A stretch of DNA of 64,000 bases from Candidatus Krumholzibacteriia bacterium (GTDB taxonomy: Bacteria; Krumholzibacteriota; Krumholzibacteriia; LZORAL124-64-63): the NCBI GenBank assembly GCA_024762975.1, contig JANTGJ010000003.1, positions 2,736 through 66,735 of the forward strand, given 5' to 3'. The number at the start of each line of letters is the position of its first letter. Position 1 is the first letter of the stretch. Shown in pieces: positions 47,011 to 57,385 of the stretch. The notes beneath the pieces were generated by a model. That model was not told the DNA's origin, did not search any database, and saw only the letters and a program-made list of their open reading frames with translations. The translations under genes and the position numbers were made by a program.

Positions 47011-47895
47011 TTGGAGCTGCGCTACTATCGGCCCGTGCCGGTGGACGGCAGGATCACGACGAATTTCGGTGACGAACTGAATCGGATCCTGTGGCCGGAA
47101 ATATTTCCGGATGTCTTCGACGAGGACAAGGGTGCCGCGTTTTTCGGCATTGGTAGCCTGTTGGGCTATCCCAAAGCCGACGACGCGCAGACGCGCCACA
47201 AGATCATCTTCGGCACCGGCGCGGCGATGGCCGAGGCCGGCCGGCGCGAACCGTCGGATGGGCGTTGGAAGTTCTATGGAGTACGCGGACCCTTGACCTG
47301 TCGCAGCTACGGGCTCGAACCGGAGTTGGGTCTTTCGGATCCGGCGGTGCTTTGTGCTCGCCGTTGGCAACGGGATGCGATGCCGCAGTACGAATTCGGC
47401 TACATGCCGCACATCTCGGAGGCCGAGGGCTGGTCCGATTTTCTGGCGGCCCGGTGCCGTGAAGAAGGTGTCCGGTATATCGATCCCCGGGACGGAGTCG
47501 AGGAAGTGATGGCCGCCATCGGTTCCATCGATTGCATGATCGCCGAGGCGATGCACGGCGCGATCGTGGCGGACGCGGTGAGAGTGCCCTGGATCCCGGT
47601 TTTCACGACCCGCCGCCCGCACCGGTTCAAGTGGACGGACTGGTGCCGGTCGCTGGGCATGGAATTCGAACCGATGTGGATTGGCAATCTGGCCAGTCTG
47701 GCCTCGCGCAGGGGGCTGCGCGGGGGGTGGATCAACGGCCCGTCCGCGCTGGTGTTTCGACGGATGCTGCGCAAGGCGAAGAATGGCCGGCGCTTTCTCA
47801 GTACCGATGCGCGGATCGAACAGAGTCTGAATGCATACGACCGCGCTGCCGAGGCATTTCGCGCGGATCTGGCCCAGGGATGTTTCGCCGACTGA
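47011..47895 (+). CDS. polysaccharide pyruvyl transferase family protein (CsaB/WcaK-like)
   Basis: N-terminus (M)ELRYYRPVPVDGRITTNFGDELNRILW matches the pyruvyl-transferase start pattern (..Y..N.GD.L). 294 aa. TTG start from the ORF track. Confidence 0.6.
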   Translation: MELRYYRPVPVDGRITTNFGDELNRILWPEIFPDVFDEDKGAAFFGIGSLLGYPKADDAQTRHKIIFGTGAAMAEAGRREPSDGRWKFYGVRGPLTCRSYGLEPELGLSDPAVLCARRWQRDAMPQYEFGYMPHISEAEGWSDFLAARCREEGVRYIDPRDGVEEVMAAIGSIDCMIAEAMHGAIVADAVRVPWIPVFTTRRPHRFKWTDWCRSLGMEFEPMWIGNLASLASRRGLRGGWINGPSALVFRRMLRKAKNGRRFLSTDARIEQSLNAYDRAAEAFRADLAQGCFAD

Positions 47896-47955
47896 CCTTC
47901 CGGTTGCGGCGAAAGGAGGGACGCGGCACCGGCCGCCGTCCGGGGAAGGACCGAA

Positions 47956-49326
47956 TTGGATCTCTGGCAACCCATTGCCAAGCATGTGCTCTTTCCGCTG
48001 CAGGCCCGGCGGGAAGGCAATTCCGTGCCCCGGCACCTGCGTGAGCTGGAAGAGAGCCAGTGGTGGCCCGTCGAGCGGCTGGAGCAGATGCGCCTCGAAC
48101 GGCTGCGAGCCCTCTTGCGCCATGCGGCCGCACATTGCCCCTTTTATACGGCCCGATTCGCCGAATCCGGCTTCGATCCCGAGCGGGTGCAATCGTTCGG
48201 CGACCTGGTCGGGATTCCGTTGCTGACCAAGGATGACATCCGCAATCATCGTGATGAAATGGTGGCCACGAATGTACCGCGGTCGCAGCTGGTACCCAAC
48301 AAGACCGGTGGCTCGACCGGACAACCTCTGCACTTCTACATGGATCGCGAACGGCAATCCTCGCGCGATGCCGCGGCCCTGCGCCACGATCGCTGGTCGG
48401 GCTGGGATATCGGTGACCCGGCGGCCTACATCTGGGGCCACCGGACCGATGTGACGGCGCCGGAATCGTTGCTGTCGCGACTGCGCGTCAAGTACCTGGA
48501 CCGTGCTCTTTTTCTGGATACCTCGAGTCTGGACAGTGCGCGCATGGACTCGTTCCGCCGTCGGCTGCTGCACGAGAATCCGCCCTACTATGTGGCTTAT
48601 GCGAACTCGGTGTACCTCTATGCGAAATTCCTGAAGGATACCGGGGCGACGGAGTATCAGCGCCCCCGCGCGATCATCACTTCGGCCGAGATGCTGGATC
48701 CCGAGCGGCGGGCGTTGATCGAAGAGGTGTTCGGCTGTCTGGTGCTGAATCGCTACGGATCGCGCGAAACCAGCGTGATCGCCTCGCAGTGCGAAGAGGC
48801 CCAGGGCCTGCATATCTGTTGGGAAACGCTGCACCTGGAGTTCCTGCGCGACGAAAAGCCGGTGGCCGCCGGCGAGCCAGGCAAGATTGTCATCACCGAT
48901 CTGATGAACTACGGCATGCCGTTGATCCGCTACGACATCCAGGACGTGGGCATTCCTTCCGAGGCCGCCTGCGCCTGCGGACGCGGCTTGCCGGTGATGG
49001 AGGTCAGCGCCGGTCGCGTGACCGATTTTCTGCTGGGCATGGAGGGGCAGATCGTGTCGGGAGCTTCCCTGACCATCTATCTCATCGCCAATGCCCCGGG
49101 CGTGGCCCAGGCACAACTGGTGCAGGAGCGTCGAGGGGAACTGGTGCTGCGTGTCGTGCGCGGAGAAGGTTTCGGCGAGGCCACTCGAGAGTTTTTTACC
49201 CGGGAGATCCCGCGCTACTTCGGCGATATCGCCTGGCGGCTGGATGAGGTTGATTCGATCGCGAAGGACCCGTCGGGCAAGTACCGTTTCAGTATTTCAC
49301 ATCTGGACCCGGCGGAGGTTTTCTGA
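47956..49326 (+). CDS. phenylacetate-CoA ligase-like (CapK / F390-synthetase family) adenylate-forming enzyme, copy 1
   Basis: AMP-binding P-loop variant TGGSTGQP. Overall length and blocks (PFYTARF, LTKDDIRN, ITSAEML) typical of PaaK/CapK enzymes found in capsule and EPS loci. Confidence 0.75.
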   Translation: MDLWQPIAKHVLFPLQARREGNSVPRHLRELEESQWWPVERLEQMRLERLRALLRHAAAHCPFYTARFAESGFDPERVQSFGDLVGIPLLTKDDIRNHRDEMVATNVPRSQLVPNKTGGSTGQPLHFYMDRERQSSRDAAALRHDRWSGWDIGDPAAYIWGHRTDVTAPESLLSRLRVKYLDRALFLDTSSLDSARMDSFRRRLLHENPPYYVAYANSVYLYAKFLKDTGATEYQRPRAIITSAEMLDPERRALIEEVFGCLVLNRYGSRETSVIASQCEEAQGLHICWETLHLEFLRDEKPVAAGEPGKIVITDLMNYGMPLIRYDIQDVGIPSEAACACGRGLPVMEVSAGRVTDFLLGMEGQIVSGASLTIYLIANAPGVAQAQLVQERRGELVLRVVRGEGFGEATREFFTREIPRYFGDIAWRLDEVDSIAKDPSGKYRFSISHLDPAEVF

Positions 49327-49342
49327 TGGGAGAGGGCGCGCC

Positions 49343-50710
49343 ATGATGGATCGTCTGCGCCGCAACGTGATCATTCCCTACGTCGATCGACGTCGCGGGA
49401 ACGATGCCGCATTGTACCAGGACGAGGTCGACCGGGAGCTGTCGGCTCCCCTGGACGAGATCCGCGAGACCCAACGCCGAAAACTGCGCGAGATCGTTCT
49501 CTATGCCCACTCCCAGGTGCCGTTCTATCGGAGGCGGGGCAACGACGCGGCCGACCGCGCCGAAGCTTCGGATTGGGAGGGTCTGGCCGAGGCCTTGCCC
49601 GTGTTGGAAAAGGACGATATTCGCGCGGCCGGCCGGGAATTGCTCAGCGGTGAGTATCAGATCGAATCACTGTTTCATTCGGCGACCGGGGGTACGACCA
49701 GTTCTCCGGTCGAGTTCTACCTGTGCCGGCGGTCGCTGGCCCGGCGTCAGGCGGCCACGCGCTTTTTTCAGCGCTGGTATGGTCACGAAGTCGGAGACAG
49801 CATCGCGTTGCTTTGGGGAGCCCTGCAGGATTTTCCCGAGAAGCGCAGCCTCAAGTCGCGTCTGATGAATCATCTGACCCACCGCAAGCTGATGCTGCCC
49901 AGTGCGTTTCTCGACGATGCGGTCATGGAGAGGTACTGGCGTCAGTTGCGCGACTTTCGGCCGACCCTGCTGCAGGCCTATCCGTACCCCTTGTATATCT
50001 TCGCGCAGTTCCTGCAGAGCCGGGGCCTGCAACTGGAAATCCCGTCGATCACGCTCACGGCCGAACCGCTGTTCCCGGAGCACCGGGCCGTGATCGAGGA
50101 ATGCTTCGGTCAGAAAGTATTCAACTGGTATGGCGCCCGGGAACTGGGGCACGCGGCCAGCGAGTGCGAATATCACCAGGGTCTGCATCTGAATTGCAGC
50201 GGTCTGTATTTCGAAGTGCGGCACCCCGACGGTACCATCACGGACGAGGGCGAGGGCGAGTTGATCACGTCCGACCTGAACAATCGTTGCATGCCGCTGT
50301 TGCGCTACCGCATCGGTGATATGGGGGTGCTGTCGAAACGACGCTGCGAGTGCGGCAGTGAATTGCCCCTGCTCGAGAGCATCACCGGCCGGGTGACGGA
50401 TGTATTCCGGAAGCGGGACGGAACCCAGATCGCCGGCGTGAGCATGACCGGTCGGGTCGTCACCGACAGCCGTTCGGTCAAGGCACTGCAGATCGTCCAG
50501 GAAGACTACGAACGATTCACCCTGCGCCTGGTGCCCGGACCGGAGTACGGACCGGACGCACTGGCAGAAATCCAGCACCGCATCGAGGGCTATCTGCAGG
50601 AGGAACTCGAATTCACGGTCGAGGAAGTGGAATCCATCCCGCGCGAGAAATCCGGGAAGTTGCGTTTCTGTGTATCGCGCGTGGGGCTGACCGAAAGTCC
50701 GGAGAATTGA
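49343..50710 (+). CDS. CapK/PaaK-like adenylate-forming enzyme, copy 2
   Basis: ATG 49343 after GGGAGAGGG. SATGGTTSSP motif. Paralogous to copy 1 (VPFYRRR, LEKDDIRA, conserved CxCG near the C-terminus). Confidence 0.75.
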   Translation: MMDRLRRNVIIPYVDRRRGNDAALYQDEVDRELSAPLDEIRETQRRKLREIVLYAHSQVPFYRRRGNDAADRAEASDWEGLAEALPVLEKDDIRAAGRELLSGEYQIESLFHSATGGTTSSPVEFYLCRRSLARRQAATRFFQRWYGHEVGDSIALLWGALQDFPEKRSLKSRLMNHLTHRKLMLPSAFLDDAVMERYWRQLRDFRPTLLQAYPYPLYIFAQFLQSRGLQLEIPSITLTAEPLFPEHRAVIEECFGQKVFNWYGARELGHAASECEYHQGLHLNCSGLYFEVRHPDGTITDEGEGELITSDLNNRCMPLLRYRIGDMGVLSKRRCECGSELPLLESITGRVTDVFRKRDGTQIAGVSMTGRVVTDSRSVKALQIVQEDYERFTLRLVPGPEYGPDALAEIQHRIEGYLQEELEFTVEEVESIPREKSGKLRFCVSRVGLTESPEN

Positions 50711-50711
50711 T

Positions 50712-51782
50712 TTGGACGCGCGACGCGATCCGGTGATCGTCCTGACCGACCACGGCCGCCCGGACCGTTTCGTTGGCTGTCGCCGCGTCGTGGCTCCGGG
50801 GCTGACCAGTCCGTTCTGGCGGTTGCCCGTACTGGCGAAGTTGCGCCCCCTGTTGCGCGGTCTCGGGACCTGGTGGCGGATCGCCACCCACCGCGGACCG
50901 GCCGTGGCCGTTACCTATGGTAACAGTACCGGCTACGTGGTGGCTGCATTGCAGGCGCTGTTTGCTCCTTTCCGCCGACCGGTCGTCCACGTCATGTTCG
51001 ACTTCCTGATGGATGCCCCGCGGAGTGGAATCGGAGGCCTGTTGGATCGCGCGAAGGCCTCGATCTTCAATCGGGCGGTGGCCTGTGCGGTGATCTGGGG
51101 CAAACAGGACGTACCCCTGTTTGCCCGTACGCACGGACTGGATCGTTCGCGCCTGCGTTTTCATCCCTACCACAAGACCCTCGATATCCTGACTGCCGAG
51201 GATTGCGACGAAGGCGATGATGGCTACGTCTATTGCGGGGGGAATGTCGGTCGCGATTTCCGACTGTTCATCGAGGCCATCGGCCCCCTGGGGATTCCTG
51301 CCTTCGTGGCGACACAGATGCCCGGCGTGGCGGAGATGGCCCGGCAGTGGCCGCAGATCACCGTGCGTGGAGTCACGCCGGTGGAATTCCGGCAGATCAT
51401 GGCTCGAGCCACGATCGTGGCCGAGGTGCACCCGGACTCGTTCTTCCGCAGTGCGGGGCACCAGACGATGTTGAACGCGATGCATTTCGGTAAGCCGGTC
51501 ATCCTTTCGGACGAGCGCAGTGCCGAGGGGTACGTGCGCCACGGTATCGACGGTCTGGTCACTCCGGCAGGAGATCGGGAGGCGTTGACCGAGGCGATTC
51601 GCAGACTGTGGGAGGACGAGGATTTGCGGCGGCAGATGGGTGAACGCGGGCGACGCAAAACGGCCCAACCGATCTACCGTACCGAAATCCACATGCAGTC
51701 GGTGTACAACGTGGCTATCCTGTTGCATCAGAAACGAGAAGGTTCCTCGTACGAGGACGCGCGTCTGCGGGTCTATGAATGA
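50712..51782 (+). CDS. glycosyltransferase, GT4-like (group 1)
   Basis: C-terminal GT-B motif ..NAMHFGKPVILSDERSAEGYVRHGIDGLV.. (E-x7-E region). TTG start six nt after GGAGAA. Confidence 0.65.
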   Translation: MDARRDPVIVLTDHGRPDRFVGCRRVVAPGLTSPFWRLPVLAKLRPLLRGLGTWWRIATHRGPAVAVTYGNSTGYVVAALQALFAPFRRPVVHVMFDFLMDAPRSGIGGLLDRAKASIFNRAVACAVIWGKQDVPLFARTHGLDRSRLRFHPYHKTLDILTAEDCDEGDDGYVYCGGNVGRDFRLFIEAIGPLGIPAFVATQMPGVAEMARQWPQITVRGVTPVEFRQIMARATIVAEVHPDSFFRSAGHQTMLNAMHFGKPVILSDERSAEGYVRHGIDGLVTPAGDREALTEAIRRLWEDEDLRRQMGERGRRKTAQPIYRTEIHMQSVYNVAILLHQKREGSSYEDARLRVYE

Positions 51783-51816
51783 TCCCCGGCGCGACGAATA
51801 TGGAAACGGAGACCCG

Positions 51817-53019
51817 ATGCGAATCCCGAGAATTCGACCCCGACGTCTGATCCTGCTGGCGGTGGTGGGAGTGTTGTTGATGCCGGCGTTGTGGGTGTCG
51901 GCCAAATTGATCAAGTGTGACAACTCGGATATCTGGTTCCCGCCATATGCGAAGGAATTCGTGAAGGGTGAGGTGAACCGGGCTGATGAGACGACCGATC
52001 TGATCTTTTTGATGACGGATCACTGGGAGCCGGGCAATCGTGAGGAAAGCCCCGAGTATTCGCAGCGCTGGCTGGATGCCTTCGCGGAGATTTCGCACCG
52101 GCATCTCGATACGCAGGGGCGTAATTTCCGCTACTCGTGGTTCTATCCCGTCGACCGCATGGATGAGCGCATCCTCGCCCAATTGGCGGTTGCCGCGCGC
52201 AACCAACTCGGCGAGACCGAGGTGCATTGGCATCACCACCACGATAGCGTCCAGCAATTCCGAACCGACCTGGAAAACGCGCTGGTTCTGTTTCAGAAAT
52301 ACGGGCACCTGACCAGTGAGCCCGGCGGCGACCCGCACTGGTGCTTCATCCATGGCAACTGGGCGCTGGACGGATCCGAGCCGAACGCGTGCGGCATCAA
52401 CAACGAGATCGATATTTTCCTGGAGCATGGCTGCTACGCAGACATGACTTTTCCCTCGTTGGGCTGGGATGCACAGCCGTCCCTGATCAACAAGATCTAC
52501 TACGCGCAGGATACGCCCGAGCCCAAGAGCTACGACACGGGTGAGCTCGCGCGCGTCGGGACCCGCGGCGAAGGCCTCCTGATGCTGCCCGGTCCGATGG
52601 GGCTGAATTTCCAAAATATGCTGGTGCTGATCGAGGCCGGGGCGATCGACGATGCGGAAGGCACCGGTTTCTCGGGTGCGTTGCGCAAGCCGGATAACAA
52701 CGCGGACTATTTCAAGTCCTCGCGTGTCGGCGTCTGGGACAATATCCATGTCAGCGTCGAAGGGAAGCCGGAGTGGTGTTTTGTCAAGGTGCACGCGCAC
52801 GGGATGCAGCACCGCGATCTGCTACTGAACGGGCAATTCGATTCGCTGCTGTCGGCTCTGGAGAAGTATGCCGCCGAGCGGAAGATCCGGCTGCACTACG
52901 TCACCGCGCGCGAGGCGGTCAACCTCGTACATGCGGCCGAGCAGGGGCTGCCCGGTTCGCCCGAGCAGTACTACGACCTGGAAATTCCGCCCCCGTTGTC
53001 GACCCGCGAGGTCTTCTAG
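51817..53019 (+). CDS. hypothetical membrane-anchored protein with a His cluster (HWHHHHD)
   Basis: ATG 51817 six nt after GGAG. N-terminal TM helix (LILLAVVGVLLMPALWV). Conserved-looking His/Asp/Cys-rich blocks (HWHHHHD, CFIHGNWALDG, HAHGMQH). Family not recognised. Confidence 0.45.
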   Translation: MRIPRIRPRRLILLAVVGVLLMPALWVSAKLIKCDNSDIWFPPYAKEFVKGEVNRADETTDLIFLMTDHWEPGNREESPEYSQRWLDAFAEISHRHLDTQGRNFRYSWFYPVDRMDERILAQLAVAARNQLGETEVHWHHHHDSVQQFRTDLENALVLFQKYGHLTSEPGGDPHWCFIHGNWALDGSEPNACGINNEIDIFLEHGCYADMTFPSLGWDAQPSLINKIYYAQDTPEPKSYDTGELARVGTRGEGLLMLPGPMGLNFQNMLVLIEAGAIDDAEGTGFSGALRKPDNNADYFKSSRVGVWDNIHVSVEGKPEWCFVKVHAHGMQHRDLLLNGQFDSLLSALEKYAAERKIRLHYVTAREAVNLVHAAEQGLPGSPEQYYDLEIPPPLSTREVF

Positions 53020-53119
53020 GCGGTTCATGGCACCCCTTTTGCTCAGTTTCAGATGATCGATCGTAAGCTCAATTGAATGAAGAGTTTCCGTGGTCACCGA
53101 GATCGAGGAGAAGGTGGAG

Positions 53120-53479
53120 ATGCCGCGAATTGGAAAATTGCAAGTTCTTTGGTTGCTGGGGGTTGTGGTCGCGTTGACTCTGCCGTCCCTGGCCGGAGCC
53201 CAAACCGTCGCTGTGGAGTGCACCTGGGATCCGCCTGTCGATGGCACGACGGTTGACCACTATGTCCTGGAGCACCAGGTCAACGATGGTCCCTGGGTCC
53301 TCGTTACCACCTTGAGTGAAATGTCTTACGTGATGGATGTGACCCAGGGCGATTCGCATCGCATCCGGGTTGCGGGGGTCGACGCCGAGGGCAACAAGGG
53401 ACCGTATTCCCTGCCGAGCGCGTCCTATTCGTCTGCAGTGGCAGGACCTGGCCAACCGGGACAGCCGCAACAGATCTGA
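53120..53479 (+). CDS. small secreted fibronectin-III-like protein
   Basis: ATG 53120 after GGTGGAG. Signal peptide MPRIGKLQVLWLLGVVVALTLPSLAGA. About 90 aa of beta-sandwich-like sequence (W...Y.L......W) followed by a Pro/Gln tail. Confidence 0.45.
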   Translation: MPRIGKLQVLWLLGVVVALTLPSLAGAQTVAVECTWDPPVDGTTVDHYVLEHQVNDGPWVLVTTLSEMSYVMDVTQGDSHRIRVAGVDAEGNKGPYSLPSASYSSAVAGPGQPGQPQQI

Positions 53480-53662
53480 TGCGGCCGGACCCGTCCGGAG
53501 GAAACAAGCTCCCGTCACATCGCTCATTTTGCCGAGCGGAGTGGGCGGGGGCGTGTCATGTGCATGATCCAGTGTTGATCTCACAGCGGTGCGGCGGAAT
53601 TTTTTCGACGCCGTGACCGCGGAACGGTCCAGGGAGTGGACCGGCGGGGGATGTGAGTCGGG

Positions 53663-55063
53663 GTGTCTTCCCTTTCCGAGCAGATCTATTTTCGCAGTCC
53701 GGTCTGGGCGCAGAATTTGGCCGTCAGCCTGTATGGTGCCGGATTGCGGGACAAACGCTACCGGGGCTGTCATGACCGGCGACTCGCCGAATTGCGGGAC
53801 TCCGCCCGACGGGACCCGGAGCAGTTGCGCCGATTTCAATGGACGGTATTTCGTGAACTGCTCGAGCACAGCTTCGAACGTATCCCCTTTTACCGCGAAC
53901 TGACGGCCCGTACCGGACTGCAGCCACAGGACCTGGGTTCCTTCGACGATCTCCCCCTGCTGCCCATCGTCGAGAAGGAAGAGCTGCGCGCTGCGCCGGA
54001 GCACTATTGCGACCCGGAGGTGTTGCGGGGGAAACCGCTCGTCTTTCACACCAGCGGCACCACCGGCAAGGCACTGACGATCTATTGCGACAGGGAATCC
54101 CGGCGACACCACTACGCGTTCTGGACCCGGTTGCGCGAATGGCACGGTCTGGGCCCGAAGGACCGCCGGGCGACGATGTTTGGCCGGATCATCCACGACC
54201 CCGACAATGCTCGGCCGCCCTTCTGGCGCTACGACCGGGTCGGCCGAAATCTGCTGATGTCCTCGTACCATCTGGCCGAGGAGCATCTGCCGCACTATGT
54301 CGACCAACTCGAGCGCTACGAACCTGCCGAGATCATCGGCTATGCTTCGAGCGTATTCCTGCTGGCGAAGTATATTCTGCGGGAGGCCCCGGGTCGGGTG
54401 CGCCCGCGAGTCGTGTTCACGACCGCAGATACCCTGTTTCCGCATCAGCGCCGCGTGATCGAACAGGCTTTCGCGTGCCCGGTCATTGACCAGTACGGGT
54501 GTGCCGAGATGGCCATTTTTGCTGCCGACGACGGCCAGGCGAACTACCAGGTCCACGGCGAACACGGTCTTCTCGAGGTCCTCGGTGAAGGCGATCGGCC
54601 GGTGGGCCCGGGTGAGACCGGAGAGGCGGTCTGCACCGGATTCATCAATCGCACCATGCCGCTGATCCGCTACCGGATCGGCGATCGCGTTTCACTGCGG
54701 GAAGACGAAACGGTGCAAGACGGCCTGGTCACCCGCTTCGCCGAGATCGTAGGACGCGTGGACGATGTCCTGGTCAGTCCTGACGGGCGGCCGCTGGGGC
54801 GTCTCAGTCCGATCTGGAAAGTCGTTCCCGGCATTTTCGAGACGCAGGTCATCCAGAAGACCGTCGACTCGCTGGATATCAATCTGGTCGTGGACGAAAG
54901 CTTCCGGGCTCGCGGGAATGCCCTGGGCGAACTGGAAACCGAGATTCGCAAGCGCACCGGCAGTGCGATGGAGCTTCGCTTCCACCTGCTGGAAGAGATT
55001 CCGAAAAACAAAAACGGCAAGTTCCGAGCCGTCGTATCCGAGGTCGATTCCGGTGGCGTCTGA
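53663..55063 (+). CDS. CapK/PaaK-like adenylate-forming enzyme, copy 3
   Basis: HTSGTTGKAL P-loop. Blocks IPFYRELTARTG and VEKEELRA parallel copies 1 and 2. GTG start from the ORF track. Confidence 0.75.
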   Translation: MSSLSEQIYFRSPVWAQNLAVSLYGAGLRDKRYRGCHDRRLAELRDSARRDPEQLRRFQWTVFRELLEHSFERIPFYRELTARTGLQPQDLGSFDDLPLLPIVEKEELRAAPEHYCDPEVLRGKPLVFHTSGTTGKALTIYCDRESRRHHYAFWTRLREWHGLGPKDRRATMFGRIIHDPDNARPPFWRYDRVGRNLLMSSYHLAEEHLPHYVDQLERYEPAEIIGYASSVFLLAKYILREAPGRVRPRVVFTTADTLFPHQRRVIEQAFACPVIDQYGCAEMAIFAADDGQANYQVHGEHGLLEVLGEGDRPVGPGETGEAVCTGFINRTMPLIRYRIGDRVSLREDETVQDGLVTRFAEIVGRVDDVLVSPDGRPLGRLSPIWKVVPGIFETQVIQKTVDSLDINLVVDESFRARGNALGELETEIRKRTGSAMELRFHLLEEIPKNKNGKFRAVVSEVDSGGV

Positions 55064-56195
55064 TTCGATCACACTTTGTGCCGTGGGCGACATCTGCCTG
55101 GGCGACAGCCTGATCAGTCTGGGGTTCGGTACGCGCAGTATGATCGCGCGCCACGGGCCGAATTTCATCTTCGATGGTGTTCGTGACCGCCTTCGGTCCC
55201 ACGATATCGTTTTTGGAAACCTCGAGTCCGTACTTTCGGACCGGGGAGTCGATCCGGCCGAACCGCGCACGCGCTACCTGCGCGGAGCACCCGAGGGCAT
55301 CGAGTCCGTCTGTGACGGTGGCTTCCATATCCTGAACGTGGCCAACAACCACATCCTGCAGTACGGCCGGCAGGCCTGTGAGGAGACGCTCGAGGCGGTG
55401 CGGGGCCGGGACATCGTGCCCGTCGGACTGCGCGGCGATGGCGAGCAGTGCTGTGTGCCGGAGGTCCTCGAACGCGATGGAATGCGCATCGGTTTCCTGG
55501 CCTACAGCTTCGAATGGGAGCAGTACTACGAGGGCGAGGTCCTGTACGCACGTGCGACGGCGGACCAGATCAGTCAGCAGGTACGCGCCCTGCGCGACGA
55601 AGTCGACTACGTCATTGTTTCAATTCACTGGGGCCTGGAATACATGCTCGAGCCCTCGCCCGAGATGCGCGAGATCGGCCGGGCGGTGATCGATGCCGGT
55701 GCCGACGTGGTGTTGGGACATCATCCGCATGTACTGCAGGGCATGGAACACCGCGGTGACGGGATCATCTTCTACAGCCTGGGAAACTTCGTTTTCGACA
55801 AGGCCTGGTGGCCGGTATGCCGCAAGACCTGCATAGCCTCATTGACGCTGCCGCGGGACCGCTCGGCGGGACTCGGTGTCGAGGTCATTCCGGTGCGCAT
55901 CAACGGCCGGCATCAGCCCCGACTCAGCGAAGGCCGACAGTTGCAATCCGACGAAGCGTTCTGGGCGAAGGTGTGTCGTCGACTGGAGCGCTGGCCCGCC
56001 GGCAGTGAAGCGCAATACGCCCGGGAAAAGAAGATGAAGCTGGCGGTGATGGCGGCCACGAAAATCGCTCATATCCTTTGGAACGCCCCGCGCTACGAGG
56101 CGGGAGTCTTTTCCCATCTGTTCAAGCACAAGATCCTGCGCATTTCGGCGCCGAAGCTGCCGAAGACCGCAAGCGAGGAGCCGGCAGCCGAATGA
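55053..56195 (+). CDS. CapA/PGA_cap-family (metallophosphatase-fold) capsule-biosynthesis protein
   Basis: GNLE, NVANNH, HWGLEY and GHHPH blocks typical of the CapA family. The start is uncertain: GTG 55053 would overlap the upstream gene by 11 nt, and no ATG is available in frame. The stop overlaps the next ATG (ATGA). Confidence 0.65.
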   Translation: MASDSITLCAVGDICLGDSLISLGFGTRSMIARHGPNFIFDGVRDRLRSHDIVFGNLESVLSDRGVDPAEPRTRYLRGAPEGIESVCDGGFHILNVANNHILQYGRQACEETLEAVRGRDIVPVGLRGDGEQCCVPEVLERDGMRIGFLAYSFEWEQYYEGEVLYARATADQISQQVRALRDEVDYVIVSIHWGLEYMLEPSPEMREIGRAVIDAGADVVLGHHPHVLQGMEHRGDGIIFYSLGNFVFDKAWWPVCRKTCIASLTLPRDRSAGLGVEVIPVRINGRHQPRLSEGRQLQSDEAFWAKVCRRLERWPAGSEAQYAREKKMKLAVMAATKIAHILWNAPRYEAGVFSHLFKHKILRISAPKLPKTASEEPAAE

Positions 56196-57385
56196 GGGTC
56201 TGCTTCGTTTACAAGGAAGACTATCCCTGGGATATCCGGGTCGAGAAGTTGTTGCACTTCTTCCGCGACGAGGGGCATCCCATCTCGCTGGTCTGCCGCA
56301 ACCTGAAGAACCTGCCCCGGCGCGAGCAGGCCGAGGGCATCGATATTTGGCGTCTGCCGTCGTTTGCGGGCCTGGGCAAGCTGGGTTCGCTGATGAGTGT
56401 GCCATTCTTTTTGCACCCGATCTGGTTCTTCGGCATTCTCAATGCCGTGCGCAGATCCCACTCCGAATTGATCGTGGTTCGCGACCTGCCGTTGATGCCG
56501 ACCGCCCTGGCCGTGGGCCGGCTGACGGGCACGAAGGTGCTCTTCGACATGGCGGAGTGCTATCCGGAGATGTACGCCTCGACCCTGCAGTACAGCGGTA
56601 ACAGTCTGGCCAAACGCATCGTGAAGAACCCTGGCTTCGCGGCCTTTCTCGAGAAATTCTGTGTCGATCGCGCCGACATGACTTTCGTGATGATCGAGGA
56701 GTCGCAAGACCGTTTGGTAGCGCGCGGCTGTGATCCGGCCCGGATCCGCATTGTCAGTAATACTCCGCCGCGAGTGGAGCGGCCGGTGCTGGACGGTGGG
56801 ACCGCCGATGTGATGCGCATCTTCTACGTGGGCTTCATCACGCGAATTCGGGGCATAGACAACGCGCTGCACGGATTGCGCGCCTATCTCGACCGGCCGG
56901 GAGAAAAGCCCCGCGTGATCATGGATCTGATCGGCAAGGGGGCCGCAACGGAGGAATTCAAGCGCCTGGCCCGGGAGCTGGACCTCGAAGACCACGTGAA
57001 CTTTCGCGGCTGGTGTTCGCACGAAGAGGTGGCCGAGAGTTTCGCCGCCAGCGATGTCGGATTGCTCTCCTACCACGTGTGCAGTCACTGGAATCACACG
57101 ATTCCCAACAAGCTCTTCGACTACATGGTTGCCGGTATGCCGGTTCTGGCCACCGACGTCATTCCCATCCAGCGCATCGTCCACGAGACCGACTGCGGTG
57201 TGATCTGCCGGGACAACGATCCCGAGAGTTTTGCCGATGCTCTGGCCGAGTTGTCCGATCCGGACCGGCGTCGTCAGCTGAGCACGAACGGCTACGAGGC
57301 CGTCGAACGGAAGTACAACTGGACCGAGGATTGCGGAAGAATTCGCGCCGTGATGGAGAGTTGGACGAACGAGGATTCCGCCTGA
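56192..57385 (+). CDS. glycosyltransferase family 4
   Basis: ATG 56192 (MRVCFVYKEDYPW). GT-B C-terminal motif NKLFDYMVAGMPVLATDVIPIQRIVHETDCGVIC. Confidence 0.8.
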   Translation: MRVCFVYKEDYPWDIRVEKLLHFFRDEGHPISLVCRNLKNLPRREQAEGIDIWRLPSFAGLGKLGSLMSVPFFLHPIWFFGILNAVRRSHSELIVVRDLPLMPTALAVGRLTGTKVLFDMAECYPEMYASTLQYSGNSLAKRIVKNPGFAAFLEKFCVDRADMTFVMIEESQDRLVARGCDPARIRIVSNTPPRVERPVLDGGTADVMRIFYVGFITRIRGIDNALHGLRAYLDRPGEKPRVIMDLIGKGAATEEFKRLARELDLEDHVNFRGWCSHEEVAESFAASDVGLLSYHVCSHWNHTIPNKLFDYMVAGMPVLATDVIPIQRIVHETDCGVICRDNDPESFADALAELSDPDRRRQLSTNGYEAVERKYNWTEDCGRIRAVMESWTNEDSA

